Source: Gemmatimonadales bacterium
GTDB lineage: Bacteria; Gemmatimonadota; Gemmatimonadetes; Gemmatimonadales; GWC2-71-9
Reading direction: 5' to 3'
Assembly (NCBI GenBank): GCA_038209515.1
Contig: JBBQXQ010000001.1
Location: forward strand, 10,439 to 74,438
DNA length: 64,000 nucleotides
The position numbers and the translations under genes are program-made. The notes beneath the pieces are model-generated. The model made no database searches. It was not told where the DNA came from and was given only the letters and a program-made list of their open reading frames with translations. Position 1 is the stretch's first letter. Each line of letters starts with the position of its first letter. Positions 54,150-63,918 of this stretch are shown here, in pieces.

Positions 54150-55424
54150 GTGGAAACCGCTCGACTCGACGAAGGGTTGCTCAGGACCACGGCCCCAAAC
54201 GGGCTGGTGGTCCTGACAGAACGGCTGCCGGGCGTACGCTCGGCAGCCGTTGGCATCTACGTACGAACCGCCAGCGCGCATGAGCGGCCCCACCAGCTCG
54301 GGATCTCCCACCTCCTCGAGCATATGGTCTTCAAGGGGACAGCGCGCCGCACCGCCCGGGAGCTCGCGCTGGAGCTCGAGGTGCGAGGCGGCGGCCTCGA
54401 TGCATTCACCGGCCGCGACTACACCAGCTACCAGGCCCACATTCTCGACGCCGATCTGCCTCTGGCCGTCGAGATCCTCACGGACCTGGTGCGCCACCCA
54501 CTCCTTCGCCAAACCGATCTCGAGTCCGAGCGGAACGTGGTCCTCGAGGAGATCAACGCGGTCGCCGACACACCGGACGATCTGGTCTTCGAGCTCCATG
54601 CCCGGGCGCTTTGGCCGGAACACCCTTACGGCTACTCGATACTGGGAACCCGCGAAACACTGAACGCAGTCTCCGCGGGCGACCTGCGCGCCTTGCACCA
54701 AGGAGGCTACTACCGGGGAAACTGCGTGATTGCCGCGGCAGGGCAGGTGAGCCACGAGCAGGTGCTCACGGTCCTCGAGCGAGAAGGCTGGTTCGAGGGT
54801 GCCACGCGGGAGGTGCCGCGAGGGCCTGTGGTACCCCAGCCCGGCGTTCGCGGCGCCAGTGTGATCGAGGAACGAGACACGGCCCAGACCCACATCGTCT
54901 TCGGTACCGACACCTTTCCACTGCGCGATCCTCGGCGTTTTCCGCTGGCCATTCTCACCAACGTGTTCGGGGGCGGGATGTCGAGCCGCCTGTTCCAGCG
55001 GGTGCGGGAAGAGCTGGGGTTGGCCTATGGGGTGTTCGCCTTCAAGCAATTCTTCCAGGGATCCGGCCAGCTTGGTGTGTATGTCGGAACCCAGGTCGCC
55101 ACCGCCGACCAGGCGGTCGAGGCCATCCGCGAGGAGTACACCAAAATCGCCCGCGAGGGGCTTCCCCTGGCGGAGCTGACCAACGGCAAGCAGCAGCTCA
55201 AGGGGCAGATCATGCTCTCGCTCGAGAGTCCAGCTGCCCGAATGGGGCGCCTGGCCGGCTTCATCCTGCACGACGACGACTACCGGCCCCTGGACGAAAT
55301 GCTGGCGGAGATCGATCGGGTGACGCCGGAGCAAGTTGCCGCCGTCGCCGGCGAGTTCTTCGCGCCGGAGCGGCAGACCGTTGTACGTTTGGGGCCGCAA
55401 AACAGCGTGAACGGTAAACGGTGA
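54150..55424 (+). CDS. M16 family (pitrilysin-like) zinc peptidase
   Basis: Inverted zincin motif HLLEHMVFKGT. 424 aa. Confidence 0.88.
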   Translation: METARLDEGLLRTTAPNGLVVLTERLPGVRSAAVGIYVRTASAHERPHQLGISHLLEHMVFKGTARRTARELALELEVRGGGLDAFTGRDYTSYQAHILDADLPLAVEILTDLVRHPLLRQTDLESERNVVLEEINAVADTPDDLVFELHARALWPEHPYGYSILGTRETLNAVSAGDLRALHQGGYYRGNCVIAAAGQVSHEQVLTVLEREGWFEGATREVPRGPVVPQPGVRGASVIEERDTAQTHIVFGTDTFPLRDPRRFPLAILTNVFGGGMSSRLFQRVREELGLAYGVFAFKQFFQGSGQLGVYVGTQVATADQAVEAIREEYTKIAREGLPLAELTNGKQQLKGQIMLSLESPAARMGRLAGFILHDDDYRPLDEMLAEIDRVTPEQVAAVAGEFFAPERQTVVRLGPQNSVNGKR

Positions 55425-55490
55425 ACGGGCCGGTCCGCCTCACCCTGTTCACTGTTCACCGTTCACTGTTTACGCTGTTTACCCTTCACC
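55401..55490. repeat. Palindromic array of degenerate heptamers (GTGAACG-type left, NGTTCAC-type right)
   Basis: Left arm: GTGAACG GTAAACG GTGAACG. Right arm: TGTTCAC TGTTCAC CGTTCAC TGTTTAC ..TGTTTAC CCTTCAC. The array spans the last 8 codons of the peptidase gene and the spacer before ald. Confidence 0.7.
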
Positions 55491-55506
55491 TCTTGGAAGA
55501 AGATCG

Positions 55507-56619
55507 ATGAAGATCGGCGTCCCGAAGGAGATCAAGACCAACGAGAATCGGATCGCGCTCGTCCCCGCGGGCGCCGAGGCCCTCGTGGCGGCGGGGCATT
55601 CGGTGGTCGTGGAACAGGGAGCGGGCAGCGGCAGCGGGTTTACCGATGATGCCTACCGGGCAGTCGGCGCCTCGATCCTGCCCACCGCCGACGACGTATG
55701 GCAGCAGGCCGAGATGGTCATGAAAGTGAAGGAGCCGATCGCGATCGAATGGCCCCGCATGCGGCGGAGCCAGGTGATCTACACCTACTTCCATTTCGCC
55801 GCGGCTGAGGACCTTACCCGGGCCGTGATTGCATCGGGCGCGATCGCGGTCGCCTACGAAACGGTCCAGCTCGCAAGTGGCGAGCTGCCGCTGCTGACCC
55901 CCATGTCCGAAGTCGCCGGGCGGATGGCGGTACAGGAAGGCGCCAAATATCTGGAGAAGGTCTTCGGGGGCAGCGGGATACTCCTCGGCGGAGTACCCGG
56001 TGTGGCGCCGGGCGAGGTGGCGATCATCGGCGGTGGCGTGGTCGGGATCAACGCGGCGAAGATGGCTGCCGGGCTGGGCGCCCACGTCACCATCCTCGAC
56101 ATCTCGCTCGACCGGCTTCGCTACCTCAACGATGTGCTGCCGGCCAACGTGGACACGGTCTACTCCAACCGGCATAACATCCTGGACGCGATCCGGCGGG
56201 CGGACCTAGTGGTCGGCGCGGTCCTCCTCCCGGGCGCCAAGGCCCCGCACCTGGTCAAACGGGCGGACCTGAAGCTGATGAAACCGGGGTCGGTCATCGT
56301 GGACGTCGCCGTCGATCAGGGCGGATGCGTCGAGACGATCAAGCCGACCACCCACGAGAACCCCACCTACTTCGTAGGCGGCATTCTGCACTACGCCGTG
56401 GCAAATATGCCTGGCGGGGTGCCTCGAACGTCTACCCTCGCCCTCACCAATGCTACGCTGCCATACGGACTTAAGCTCGCCAAGCAAGGCTGGCGTGCGG
56501 CGTGCAAGTCCGATCCTGCGCTGCGGCTCGGGTTGAACGTCGTCGAGGGGAAAGTGGTCTACCCCGGAGTTGCCGAGGCCTTCCGCCTCCCTCTGACAGA
56601 CGTCAACACCTTTGTCTGA
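55507..56619 (+). CDS. ald: Alanine dehydrogenase
   Basis: MKIGVPKEIKTNENRIALVPAG and NAD fold IIGGGVVGINAA. Confidence 0.92.
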   Translation: MKIGVPKEIKTNENRIALVPAGAEALVAAGHSVVVEQGAGSGSGFTDDAYRAVGASILPTADDVWQQAEMVMKVKEPIAIEWPRMRRSQVIYTYFHFAAAEDLTRAVIASGAIAVAYETVQLASGELPLLTPMSEVAGRMAVQEGAKYLEKVFGGSGILLGGVPGVAPGEVAIIGGGVVGINAAKMAAGLGAHVTILDISLDRLRYLNDVLPANVDTVYSNRHNILDAIRRADLVVGAVLLPGAKAPHLVKRADLKLMKPGSVIVDVAVDQGGCVETIKPTTHENPTYFVGGILHYAVANMPGGVPRTSTLALTNATLPYGLKLAKQGWRAACKSDPALRLGLNVVEGKVVYPGVAEAFRLPLTDVNTFV

Positions 56620-57076
56620 GCGGGTAAGCTCCGAACGTGCGCTCGAGGTGCTGATCGCACGCCTCCCCCTCGCTGAGGGGCTCCCGATTCCGAGCCCCGC
56701 GACGACCGGCTCGGCTGGGTACGACCTGGCCAGCGCCGAGGACGGAGACCTGGCCCCGCTCGAGCGACGGCTGTTCCGCACCGGTTTCAGCATCGCGGTA
56801 CCGGTCGGTTACGAGTGCCAGCTCAGACCCCGCTCGGGTCTGGCGCTCCGCCACGGCATCACCTTGCCCAACACCCCGGCCACGATCGACAGCGACTACC
56901 GGGGCGAGCTAATGGTGGCCCTGGTGAATCTGGGGACCGAGACGTTCAGGGTGACAAGGGGCATGCGCATCGCCCAGATGATCGTCGCGCGGGTGGAACG
57001 AGTGGCCTTTCGTCCTGTCGACGCGTTACCACCGACCGCACGAGGTACGGGTGGATTCGGAAGTAGCGGGAGTTGA
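56612..57076 (+). CDS. dut: dUTP diphosphatase
   Basis: GSAGYDLAS, LRPRSGLAL, IDSDYRGE and C-terminal RGTGGFGSSG. The start (TTG at 56612 or GTG at 56648) is uncertain. Confidence 0.88.
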   Translation: MSERVSSERALEVLIARLPLAEGLPIPSPATTGSAGYDLASAEDGDLAPLERRLFRTGFSIAVPVGYECQLRPRSGLALRHGITLPNTPATIDSDYRGELMVALVNLGTETFRVTRGMRIAQMIVARVERVAFRPVDALPPTARGTGGFGSSGS

Positions 57077-57121
57077 CCTTGTCTATTTACCTTCTCCACC
57101 CATGTGCCTAGCGGCTCCTCG

Positions 57122-58159
57122 ATGAAGCTTCCCCACATGAATTGGATGTCCTGGTTCCCCGCGAACGAAATCGCGGTGGATCTGGGAACGGCCAACACCC
57201 TCATCTATGTCAAAGGGGAAGGCATCGTCCTCAACGAGCCCTCGGTCGTGGCGATCGAAAAGGCGACGGGGAAGATCAAGGGGATCGGGCTCGAGGCCAA
57301 GCGGATGCTGGGGCGGACTCCGGATGGGATTCTGGCGGTGCGTCCCCTGAAGGACGGCGTGATCGCCGACTTCGATGTCACCGAAAAAATGCTGCGGTAT
57401 TTCCTAAAGACGATCATCGACAAGCACGTGTTCCGGGTAAAGCCCAGGGTCATTGTGTGCGTACCGTCGGGGATCACCGAGGTGGAGCGCCGCGCCGTGC
57501 GCGACTCCGCTGAGACCGCAGGGGCCAAGCAGGTGCTGATGGTGGCGGAGCCCATGGCGGCGGCCATCGGTGTGGGACTTCCCGTCGAGACTCCCACCGG
57601 AAACATGGTGATCGACATTGGCGGTGGCACCACCGAGATCGCGGTCATCGCCCTCTCCGGCATCGTCTCCGACACCTCAATCCGCACCGGTGGAGACGAG
57701 CTCGACCAGGCCATTGTGCAGTTCATGCGCAAGAACTACAACCTGCTGGTCGGGGAGCCTACCGCTGAGGCCATCAAGATCAAGATCGGCTCCGCTGCTC
57801 CCACTGGCGACGAGCGGGAGATGGAAGTGAAGGGGCGGGATCTCGTCTCCGGCATTCCCAAGACCGTGCGGGTGCATTCGACCGAGATCCGGGAAGCGGT
57901 GCAGGAACCGATTCAGCAGATCGTGGACGCGGTGCGGCGGGCGCTCGAGATCACGCCGCCCGAGCTGGCCAGCGACATCGTGGATCGCGGCATCGTCATG
58001 ACCGGCGGCGGCGCCCTCATCCGCGGACTCGATCTGCTCCTCGCCCAAGAAACCGGACTGCCGATCCACGTAGACGAGGATCCTCTGACCTGCGTCGTGC
58101 GCGGAACCGGCAGAATCCTCGACGACTTCGAGAAATACCGCAGCGTTCTTTCCTCCTGA
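57122..58159 (+). CDS. mreB: Rod shape-determining protein MreB
   Basis: [24 protein letters not shown] and [12 protein letters not shown]. Several in-frame starts are possible (57104, 57122, 57137, 57146). Confidence 0.92.
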   Translation: MKLPHMNWMSWFPANEIAVDLGTANTLIYVKGEGIVLNEPSVVAIEKATGKIKGIGLEAKRMLGRTPDGILAVRPLKDGVIADFDVTEKMLRYFLKTIIDKHVFRVKPRVIVCVPSGITEVERRAVRDSAETAGAKQVLMVAEPMAAAIGVGLPVETPTGNMVIDIGGGTTEIAVIALSGIVSDTSIRTGGDELDQAIVQFMRKNYNLLVGEPTAEAIKIKIGSAAPTGDEREMEVKGRDLVSGIPKTVRVHSTEIREAVQEPIQQIVDAVRRALEITPPELASDIVDRGIVMTGGGALIRGLDLLLAQETGLPIHVDEDPLTCVVRGTGRILDDFEKYRSVLSS

Positions 58160-58161
58160 GC

Positions 58162-59217
58162 ATGACCTTCGAATCCGATCGTCGTTACACCCGCCGCGAT
58201 ACCGTCTTACTTCTCCTGTGCCTGACCCTGTCACTGGCCGCCCTCTTCTCTCCCGCTGCCTGGGGCAACGACGTTGCGGCGACGCTGCGAGGGACCGTGC
58301 TCTCCCCGCTGGTCTGGCTCCAGGCCCGGGCGGAAGAGGGACGCACCAGCCGGGTTCGCTTCCGCGTCGTGACGACGGAGCGGGACTCTGCCGCTTATCT
58401 GGCCCAGTTCCTTCCGTCGCTCCGCGCGGAGAACGAGCGCCTGAGGCAGCTTCTGCGGCTCAGTCACCGGCTTACCGCCTCCTACGTCGCCGCCGAAGTG
58501 CTGCATCAGCCTCAGGCCACCGATAGTCGCACCTTGCTGCTCAGCGTGGGCTCCCGCCAGGGAGTTGCCCCGTTCAACCCCGTCGTGGCGCCAGAGGGCC
58601 TGATCGGAGTGATTCTCAGCGTGTCTGGTACAAGCAGCATCGCGATGTCGTGGGCCCATCCGGAATTCAGGGTCAGCGCCTTCACCGTCGGCGGCAACGC
58701 GTTCGGCGTCGTGGCACCCTCGATCGAAGGGCGGAACAACGAGGGGGCCCTCGAGTTCCGGGGAGTTCCCTACCGCGACTCGGTGCCGCTGGGCACGCTG
58801 GTGCTGTCCTCCGGCCTGGGCGGCGTGTTCCCCAAGGGCATTCCGGTGGGGACCGTGATCGGCACCGTCCGGGAGGAAGCCGGATGGGAGCGAGTGTACC
58901 GCCTTCGGCCGGCGGCGAACCCCGGCTCCGCGGCACACGTCCTGGTGCTGCTCGGATCCCGCGGCGGCGATCTGGCCCCTGCCTTCCCCAGTGACTCGCT
59001 GCTTGAAGTGCTCCGGCTGGACTCGATCGCGCGGGGGCGCCGCGCGGACTCAGTGGCTCAGGCGGTGAAGGCGGCGACTCAGGCTGTGAGGGCGGCGACC
59101 CAGGCTGTGAAGGCGGCCAGAGCCGCACGGCGCGATTCACTGGCCCGAACCTCACCGATCCTCGGTGGTACCTCGACCGGGCAACCTGCGGTGCAGCCCG
59201 AGGACTCCAGCCAATGA
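58162..59217 (+). CDS. mreC: Rod shape-determining protein MreC
   Basis: Position after mreB, N-terminal TM plus coiled coil, and beta-barrel core (SGLGGVFPKGIPVG). Repeat-containing tail. Confidence 0.85.
   Translation: MTFESDRRYTRRDTVLLLLCLTLSLAALFSPAAWGNDVAATLRGTVLSPLVWLQARAEEGRTSRVRFRVVTTERDSAAYLAQFLPSLRAENERLRQLLRLSHRLTASYVAAEVLHQPQATDSRTLLLSVGSRQGVAPFNPVVAPEGLIGVILSVSGTSSIAMSWAHPEFRVSAFTVGGNAFGVVAPSIEGRNNEGALEFRGVPYRDSVPLGTLVLSSGLGGVFPKGIPVGTVIGTVREEAGWERVYRLRPAANPGSAAHVLVLLGSRGGDLAPAFPSDSLLEVLRLDSIARGRRADSVAQAVKAATQAVRAATQAVKAARAARRDSLARTSPILGGTSTGQPAVQPEDSSQ
59056..59118 (+). repeat. Three in-frame 21-nt tandem repeats in the mreC 3' region
   Basis: gctcaggcggtgaaggcggcg / actcaggctgtgagggcggcg / acccaggctgtgaaggcggcc, encoding (A/T)QAV(K/R)AA x3. 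Confidence 0.8.
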
Positions 59218-59711
59218 GCCCCCGACGGGTCACCCGGGCACAGGTGGCCCTCGTGCTGCTGTTGCTGGTCGTTCTTCAGTTCTATATCCGACCCCGGCTC
59301 TGGAATGCGCGCGTCAGCCCCGACTTCCTGCTGATCGGGCTGATGCTCTTCGCCATGCGCAGCGGGGCAGGGGCAGGCGCCCTGGCCGGCTTCATCGTGG
59401 GATTGATTGAGGATACCCTCACGCCCGCACGGTTTGGAGCGGCGGCGCTGGCGCACACTGTGGTGGGCTACCTGGCCGCGTGGGGCCGGGCGTTGTTCTT
59501 CGCCGACAATATGCTGGTCAACGCCGGGTTCGTCGCGGTGGGCCTCTGGTTACGCGACCTAATCGTGCTGGTGGCGAGTGAAACCGACCACCGACAGCTC
59601 CTCACCGAGCTGACGTTCTACAGCCCCATCCAGGCTCTGACCACCGCCGCGTTTGCGCTGGTGTTGCTGCTGACCTTCCGGGCGGTGTTCTCCGTGCGGC
59701 TCGACGCATGA
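59214..59711 (+). CDS. mreD: Rod shape-determining protein MreD
   Basis: ATGA overlap with mreC. 165-aa polytopic membrane protein in the canonical position. Confidence 0.8.
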   Translation: MSPRRVTRAQVALVLLLLVVLQFYIRPRLWNARVSPDFLLIGLMLFAMRSGAGAGALAGFIVGLIEDTLTPARFGAAALAHTVVGYLAAWGRALFFADNMLVNAGFVAVGLWLRDLIVLVASETDHRQLLTELTFYSPIQALTTAAFALVLLLTFRAVFSVRLDA

Positions 59712-61591
59712 ACTTCGACTCGTATCGCATTCGGGAGCGAGCGGATATCGCGCGCCTCGTGCTCCTGGGCGCGTTTCTGGTCCTGATCGGAGCCTTCTTC
59801 CGGACCCAGGTGCTCCAGCACGAGAAGTTCCAGCTCAAGGCGGAGACCAACCGGCTCCGACCGATTCAGCTCACCTCGCCCCGGGGGAGCATCCTCGACC
59901 GCAAGGGACAGGTGCTGGCCGAGAACGTGCCCGGCTACTCGGTCAAACTACTGGCCCAGTCCACCGACTCACTGCGGTCCGTGCTCGCACGGGTTGCCCG
60001 ATTCGTCCCGCTCGACAGCGCCCGGGTTACCGACATCCTCCAGCGCTACCTCCAGGCCCGCTATCAGCCGGCCCTCGTCTTCGGGGATGCCTCGTTCGAC
60101 GTCATTGCCAAGCTCGAGGAGCACCGCTCGCTGTTGCCGGGTCTGGTGATTCAGGCGGAGCCCAAGCGCCTGTATCCGGCCGGCAAATCCATTGCCCATC
60201 TTGTGGGCTACGTCTCGGAGGTCACCGAGGCCGACCTCAATGCCGACCGCTACCCGGGGGCCGTGCTCGGCTCGATTGTGGGTAAGGCCGGCCTCGAGGG
60301 GGAGTACGACGACACGCTCAGGGGAATCGAAGGCGTCCGCTATATCGAGGTCAACGCGCGCGGGCGTCTGGTGCGGGAGGAGGCGGCCTCTGCCTCGCTA
60401 CCGCCGACTCCCGGAAAGCGCATTGTCACGACGATCGATCTGGACCTTCAGCGCTTCGTGGACAGCATCTGGCCGGCCGGGGTCCGTGGAGCGCTCGTGG
60501 CGATGACTCCCAACGGCGAGATCCGCGCCCTCTACTCGGCGCCGACGTTCGACCCCAACCACTTCGTGGGAGGGATCTCCTCGGCCGAATGGCGGTCGCT
60601 GAACACCGATCCCGCGAGGCCGCTGCTCGACCGGGTCATTCAGGCGCGTTATCCACCCGCCTCTCCATTCAAGCTGGCCATCGCGGCCATGGCTCTCAAG
60701 CGAGGGCTGATCAATCTCAACACGACCATGCCCGAGCCGTGCCGGGGAGGTCTGCGCCTCGGCAACCGCGTGTTCCGCTGCTGGAAGAAAGAAGGACACG
60801 GGACCCTGGACCTCACCGGTGCGGTGGCGGCCAGCTGCGACGTGTACTTCTATCAGCTGGGTCTGCGGCTCGGGCTCGACGCCATCCTTCAGGACGGCGT
60901 CCTGATGGGATTTCGGGACAAGAGCGGGGTCGACCTCGAGAATGAGCTGAGTCCGGTCTATCCGACTTCGCTGGCCTACTTCGACCGTCTCTACGGTCCG
61001 CGCCACTGGAGTGCGCCCGGTACCACACTCAATTTTTCGATCGGGCAGGGCGAGAACACCCAGACCCTGATCAACATGGTGAAGTTCTATCAGGGCCTGG
61101 CCGGCTCGGGCGCTACTATCACCCCGTATATCGTCAAGCCCGCTTCCACCAGGCCGCGGTCCCTCGGACTCACCGCCAGAGAGCTGGATGGGCTCCGCCG
61201 CGCGCTGATCGCGGTGGTGGAGCGGGGTACTGCGTCTGCCAACCGCCGCGCCGACCTCGCGGTGGCGGGGAAGACCGGCACTGCCCAGAACCCCCACGGT
61301 GAGGATCACGGCTGGTTCATCGGCTTTGCGCCGGCCGACAAGCCGGAGCTGGTTGTAGGCGGCATCATGGAGTTTGCCAAGCACGGCACCACGGTGGCGC
61401 CGTATGTCGTGCAGACACTCCGGCGCTACATTCTCGGCCCCGATGTCACCGGTCCGGTGAAGCTCGGCGTGCTCCTGGATGAGACCGTGACGTCCCAGGA
61501 CACCGCGCCCCGCCCGATCGAGCTCGACCCGGATTCAGCGGCCGCGGTCAAGGCGGCGGCGGACTCCGCTCGACGCGCGCCGGCCCAATGA
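59708..61591 (+). CDS. mrdA: Penicillin-binding protein 2 (elongasome transpeptidase)
   Basis: ATGA overlap. SxxK (ASPFK) and KTGT (GKTGTAQ). 627 aa. Confidence 0.9.
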   Translation: MNFDSYRIRERADIARLVLLGAFLVLIGAFFRTQVLQHEKFQLKAETNRLRPIQLTSPRGSILDRKGQVLAENVPGYSVKLLAQSTDSLRSVLARVARFVPLDSARVTDILQRYLQARYQPALVFGDASFDVIAKLEEHRSLLPGLVIQAEPKRLYPAGKSIAHLVGYVSEVTEADLNADRYPGAVLGSIVGKAGLEGEYDDTLRGIEGVRYIEVNARGRLVREEAASASLPPTPGKRIVTTIDLDLQRFVDSIWPAGVRGALVAMTPNGEIRALYSAPTFDPNHFVGGISSAEWRSLNTDPARPLLDRVIQARYPPASPFKLAIAAMALKRGLINLNTTMPEPCRGGLRLGNRVFRCWKKEGHGTLDLTGAVAASCDVYFYQLGLRLGLDAILQDGVLMGFRDKSGVDLENELSPVYPTSLAYFDRLYGPRHWSAPGTTLNFSIGQGENTQTLINMVKFYQGLAGSGATITPYIVKPASTRPRSLGLTARELDGLRRALIAVVERGTASANRRADLAVAGKTGTAQNPHGEDHGWFIGFAPADKPELVVGGIMEFAKHGTTVAPYVVQTLRRYILGPDVTGPVKLGVLLDETVTSQDTAPRPIELDPDSAAAVKAAADSARRAPAQ

Positions 61592-62829
61592 GAAACCCGT
61601 CGATCGACCGCCAGCTCGTCTTAGTCACTTTCGGCCTCATCCTGTTTGGCCTGGCGACGCTGTATTCGGCTGGCCAGACGGATGTTCCCACCCGGGCAGC
61701 GGGCGCCTGGGAGCGCCAGATCATGTGGGTGGGCATTGGGATCATCGCAGGATGGATCATCTTCCACCTCTCCCTTCGAGTCCTCGAATGGCTGGCCCCG
61801 GCGTTGTATGCCTTCAGCCTGCTGCTGCTCGGCATCGTCCTCTTGGTGGGCACCGGCGCGGGCACCGCCGAGAGCAGTCATAGCTGGCTTTCGGTTGGTG
61901 GGCATCAGATCGGCCAGCCATCGGAGCTGGCGAAGGTGGCAACGGTACTGATGCTGGCGCGGTTTCTGTCCGGCCGGAAGGAGCCACCCCGTTCCCTGGG
62001 GGACCTCATCGCGCCGTCGCTCATCGTCGGTGTTCCCTGCCTTCTCGTTCTCAAGCAGCCCGATCTCGGCAGTGCGCTCGTGTTCGTCGGGATCTACTTC
62101 GCGATGCTGTTCTGGACCGGCGTCCGGCCCCGGATGCTTTTTCTTCTGGCTTCGCCGGTCATCAGTCTGCTCCTCGCGTTCAATACGCTAGCCTGGAGTT
62201 TCTGGATGATCATCTTCGTGATCATCCTGATCGCGTGGCGGCCCTACGTCTGGGATTGGGTGGTATTTCTGGCTGCGAACGTGGCCATGGGCGCTGTGGC
62301 GATGCCGCTGTGGAAACGGCTTGCGCCCTACCAGCAGAATCGGCTGCTCACCTTCCTGAACCCTGAAGTGGATCCCCGCGCGGCGGGGTATCACGCCATC
62401 CAGTCCAGGGTGGCAATCGGCTCAGGCGGCTGGTTTGGGACCGGCTACACCGAAGGGCCGCAGAAGCGGCTCGCGTTTCTGCCGGAACAGCACACCGATT
62501 TTGTCTTCTCCGTGGTAGGCGAGGAGCTTGGCTTCGTCGGCGTGCTGGTGGCCCTGAGCCTCTTCCTGGGGCTCTTCCTGGTGCTGCTTCGGATCGCCCG
62601 GCGCGCCACCGATCCCTTCAGCAGCCTGGCTGTGTTCGGCATTGTGGGACTCTTCTTCACTCACGTGTTCGAGAACGTCGGGATGACTGTGAATCTCATG
62701 CCGATCACCGGGATTCCGCTGCCGCTCTTCTCCTACGGTGGGTCTTTCTTCATTATCTGCTCGCTCTGCCTTGGCCTGGCGCTCCGGGTGGCCTGGGATT
62801 CCAGACAATCCGGGTATGCCGATACGTAG
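61588..62829 (+). CDS. rodA: Rod shape-determining protein RodA (SEDS family)
   Basis: ATGA overlap. Multi-TM protein with PEQHTDFVFSVVGEELGF and PITGIPLPLFSYGGS. Confidence 0.9.
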   Translation: MRNPSIDRQLVLVTFGLILFGLATLYSAGQTDVPTRAAGAWERQIMWVGIGIIAGWIIFHLSLRVLEWLAPALYAFSLLLLGIVLLVGTGAGTAESSHSWLSVGGHQIGQPSELAKVATVLMLARFLSGRKEPPRSLGDLIAPSLIVGVPCLLVLKQPDLGSALVFVGIYFAMLFWTGVRPRMLFLLASPVISLLLAFNTLAWSFWMIIFVIILIAWRPYVWDWVVFLAANVAMGAVAMPLWKRLAPYQQNRLLTFLNPEVDPRAAGYHAIQSRVAIGSGGWFGTGYTEGPQKRLAFLPEQHTDFVFSVVGEELGFVGVLVALSLFLGLFLVLLRIARRATDPFSSLAVFGIVGLFFTHVFENVGMTVNLMPITGIPLPLFSYGGSFFIICSLCLGLALRVAWDSRQSGYADT

Positions 62830-62942
62830 CATGGAGTTACTGTTAGGGGCCTAGCGCAGGGGGCAGGGTACGATGAGATTGCATGGGCCTGACCAAGCCC
62901 TTGGACCCCTCATCTCGGACGCTACCTACTTCTATGGCTGTG

Positions 62943-63809
62943 ATGGCATGGTTTAAGAAGGAGCGCAAACCACGGACGTCGCAGCGTGAACGGCTGGAGA
63001 TCCCGGCCGACGCCTGGGAGAAGTGCGACAGCTGTGGCCACATCGACATCCGAGAGAAGTTCGAAAAGGCGCTCAACGTGTGTCCCGAGTGCGGCAAGCA
63101 CCGCCGCATCGGCGCTGAGGATTATATCGAGCTGCTGACCGACCCGGGCACCTGGCGTGAGCTCTATGCCGGCCTCCGCTCGGTCGATCCGCTCCATTTC
63201 GAGCATTACGCTGACCGTCTGAAAGTCGCCCGGGAGAAGGGCGGAGAGGCGGACGCGATCTATGCCGGCACCGCCCGGCTGGATGGCCTGCACTTCAACC
63301 TGGCAGTGATGAATTTCAGGTTCATGGGTGGCTCGATGGGCTCGGTGGTAGGCGAAAAGATTGCCCGTCTTGCGCGGCGCTCGCTGGAGAAGAAGATCCC
63401 GCTAGTCATCATCTCCACATCCGGGGGTGCCCGGATGCAGGAAGGGGTCCTCTCCTTGATGCAGATGGCCAAGACCTCGGCGGCCATCGCACAGCTCCAC
63501 CGGGAATGCATCCCCTACATATCGATTCTGACCGATCCGACGACTGGTGGCGTCTCCGCCTCATTTGCCATGCAGGGTGACGTCGTGCTGGCCGAGCCCG
63601 GCGCCGTGATCGGCTTCGCGGGACAGCGTGTCATCAAGCAGACCATCGGCCAGGATCTGCCGGACGGCTTTCAGACGGCCGAATTCCTGCTGGAGCACGG
63701 CCAGGTGGACGACGTCGTTCCCCGGGCCTCGTTGCGCGACACCACCGCCAGGTTGCTCCGGCACATGCAGGGACAACGGCCTCACGTCGAGCTCGCCGAG
63801 CTGAGCTGA
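62943..63809 (+). CDS. accD: Acetyl-CoA carboxylase carboxyltransferase beta subunit
   Basis: MAWFKK start chosen. Zinc ribbon CDSCGH...CPECGKH and FMGGSMGSVVGEK. Confidence 0.9.
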   Translation: MAWFKKERKPRTSQRERLEIPADAWEKCDSCGHIDIREKFEKALNVCPECGKHRRIGAEDYIELLTDPGTWRELYAGLRSVDPLHFEHYADRLKVAREKGGEADAIYAGTARLDGLHFNLAVMNFRFMGGSMGSVVGEKIARLARRSLEKKIPLVIISTSGGARMQEGVLSLMQMAKTSAAIAQLHRECIPYISILTDPTTGGVSASFAMQGDVVLAEPGAVIGFAGQRVIKQTIGQDLPDGFQTAEFLLEHGQVDDVVPRASLRDTTARLLRHMQGQRPHVELAELS

Positions 63810-63831
63810 GTTCGAGCGACGTGATGCTCCC

Positions 63832-63875
63832 GCGCCCCACCCACAACGGAAGCTGGGTGGGGCGCCGTCGTTCCG
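63832..63875 (+). terminator. accD terminator hairpin
   Basis: 12-bp perfect stem GCGCCCCACCCA / TGGGTGGGGCGC with a 10-nt loop, then CGTCGTTCC. Confidence 0.55.
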
Positions 63876-63918
63876 GAGGCGCCGGCAGGCGGAATCGGTA
63901 CCCATCAATCGAGATCCG

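Noticed and set aside
54138-55400. 420-aa minus-strand ORF antisense to the M16 peptidase
   Set aside because: It is a shadow ORF. The plus frame contains the HxxEH zinc motif and a proper domain layout.
55401-55490. CRISPR-like array or Cheo-type LexA box (GAAC-N4-GTTC) in the heptamer array
   Set aside because: The units are only 7 nt, contiguous and without spacers, so this is not CRISPR. No GAAC and GTTC pair is separated by 4 nt, so it does not fit the SOS box.
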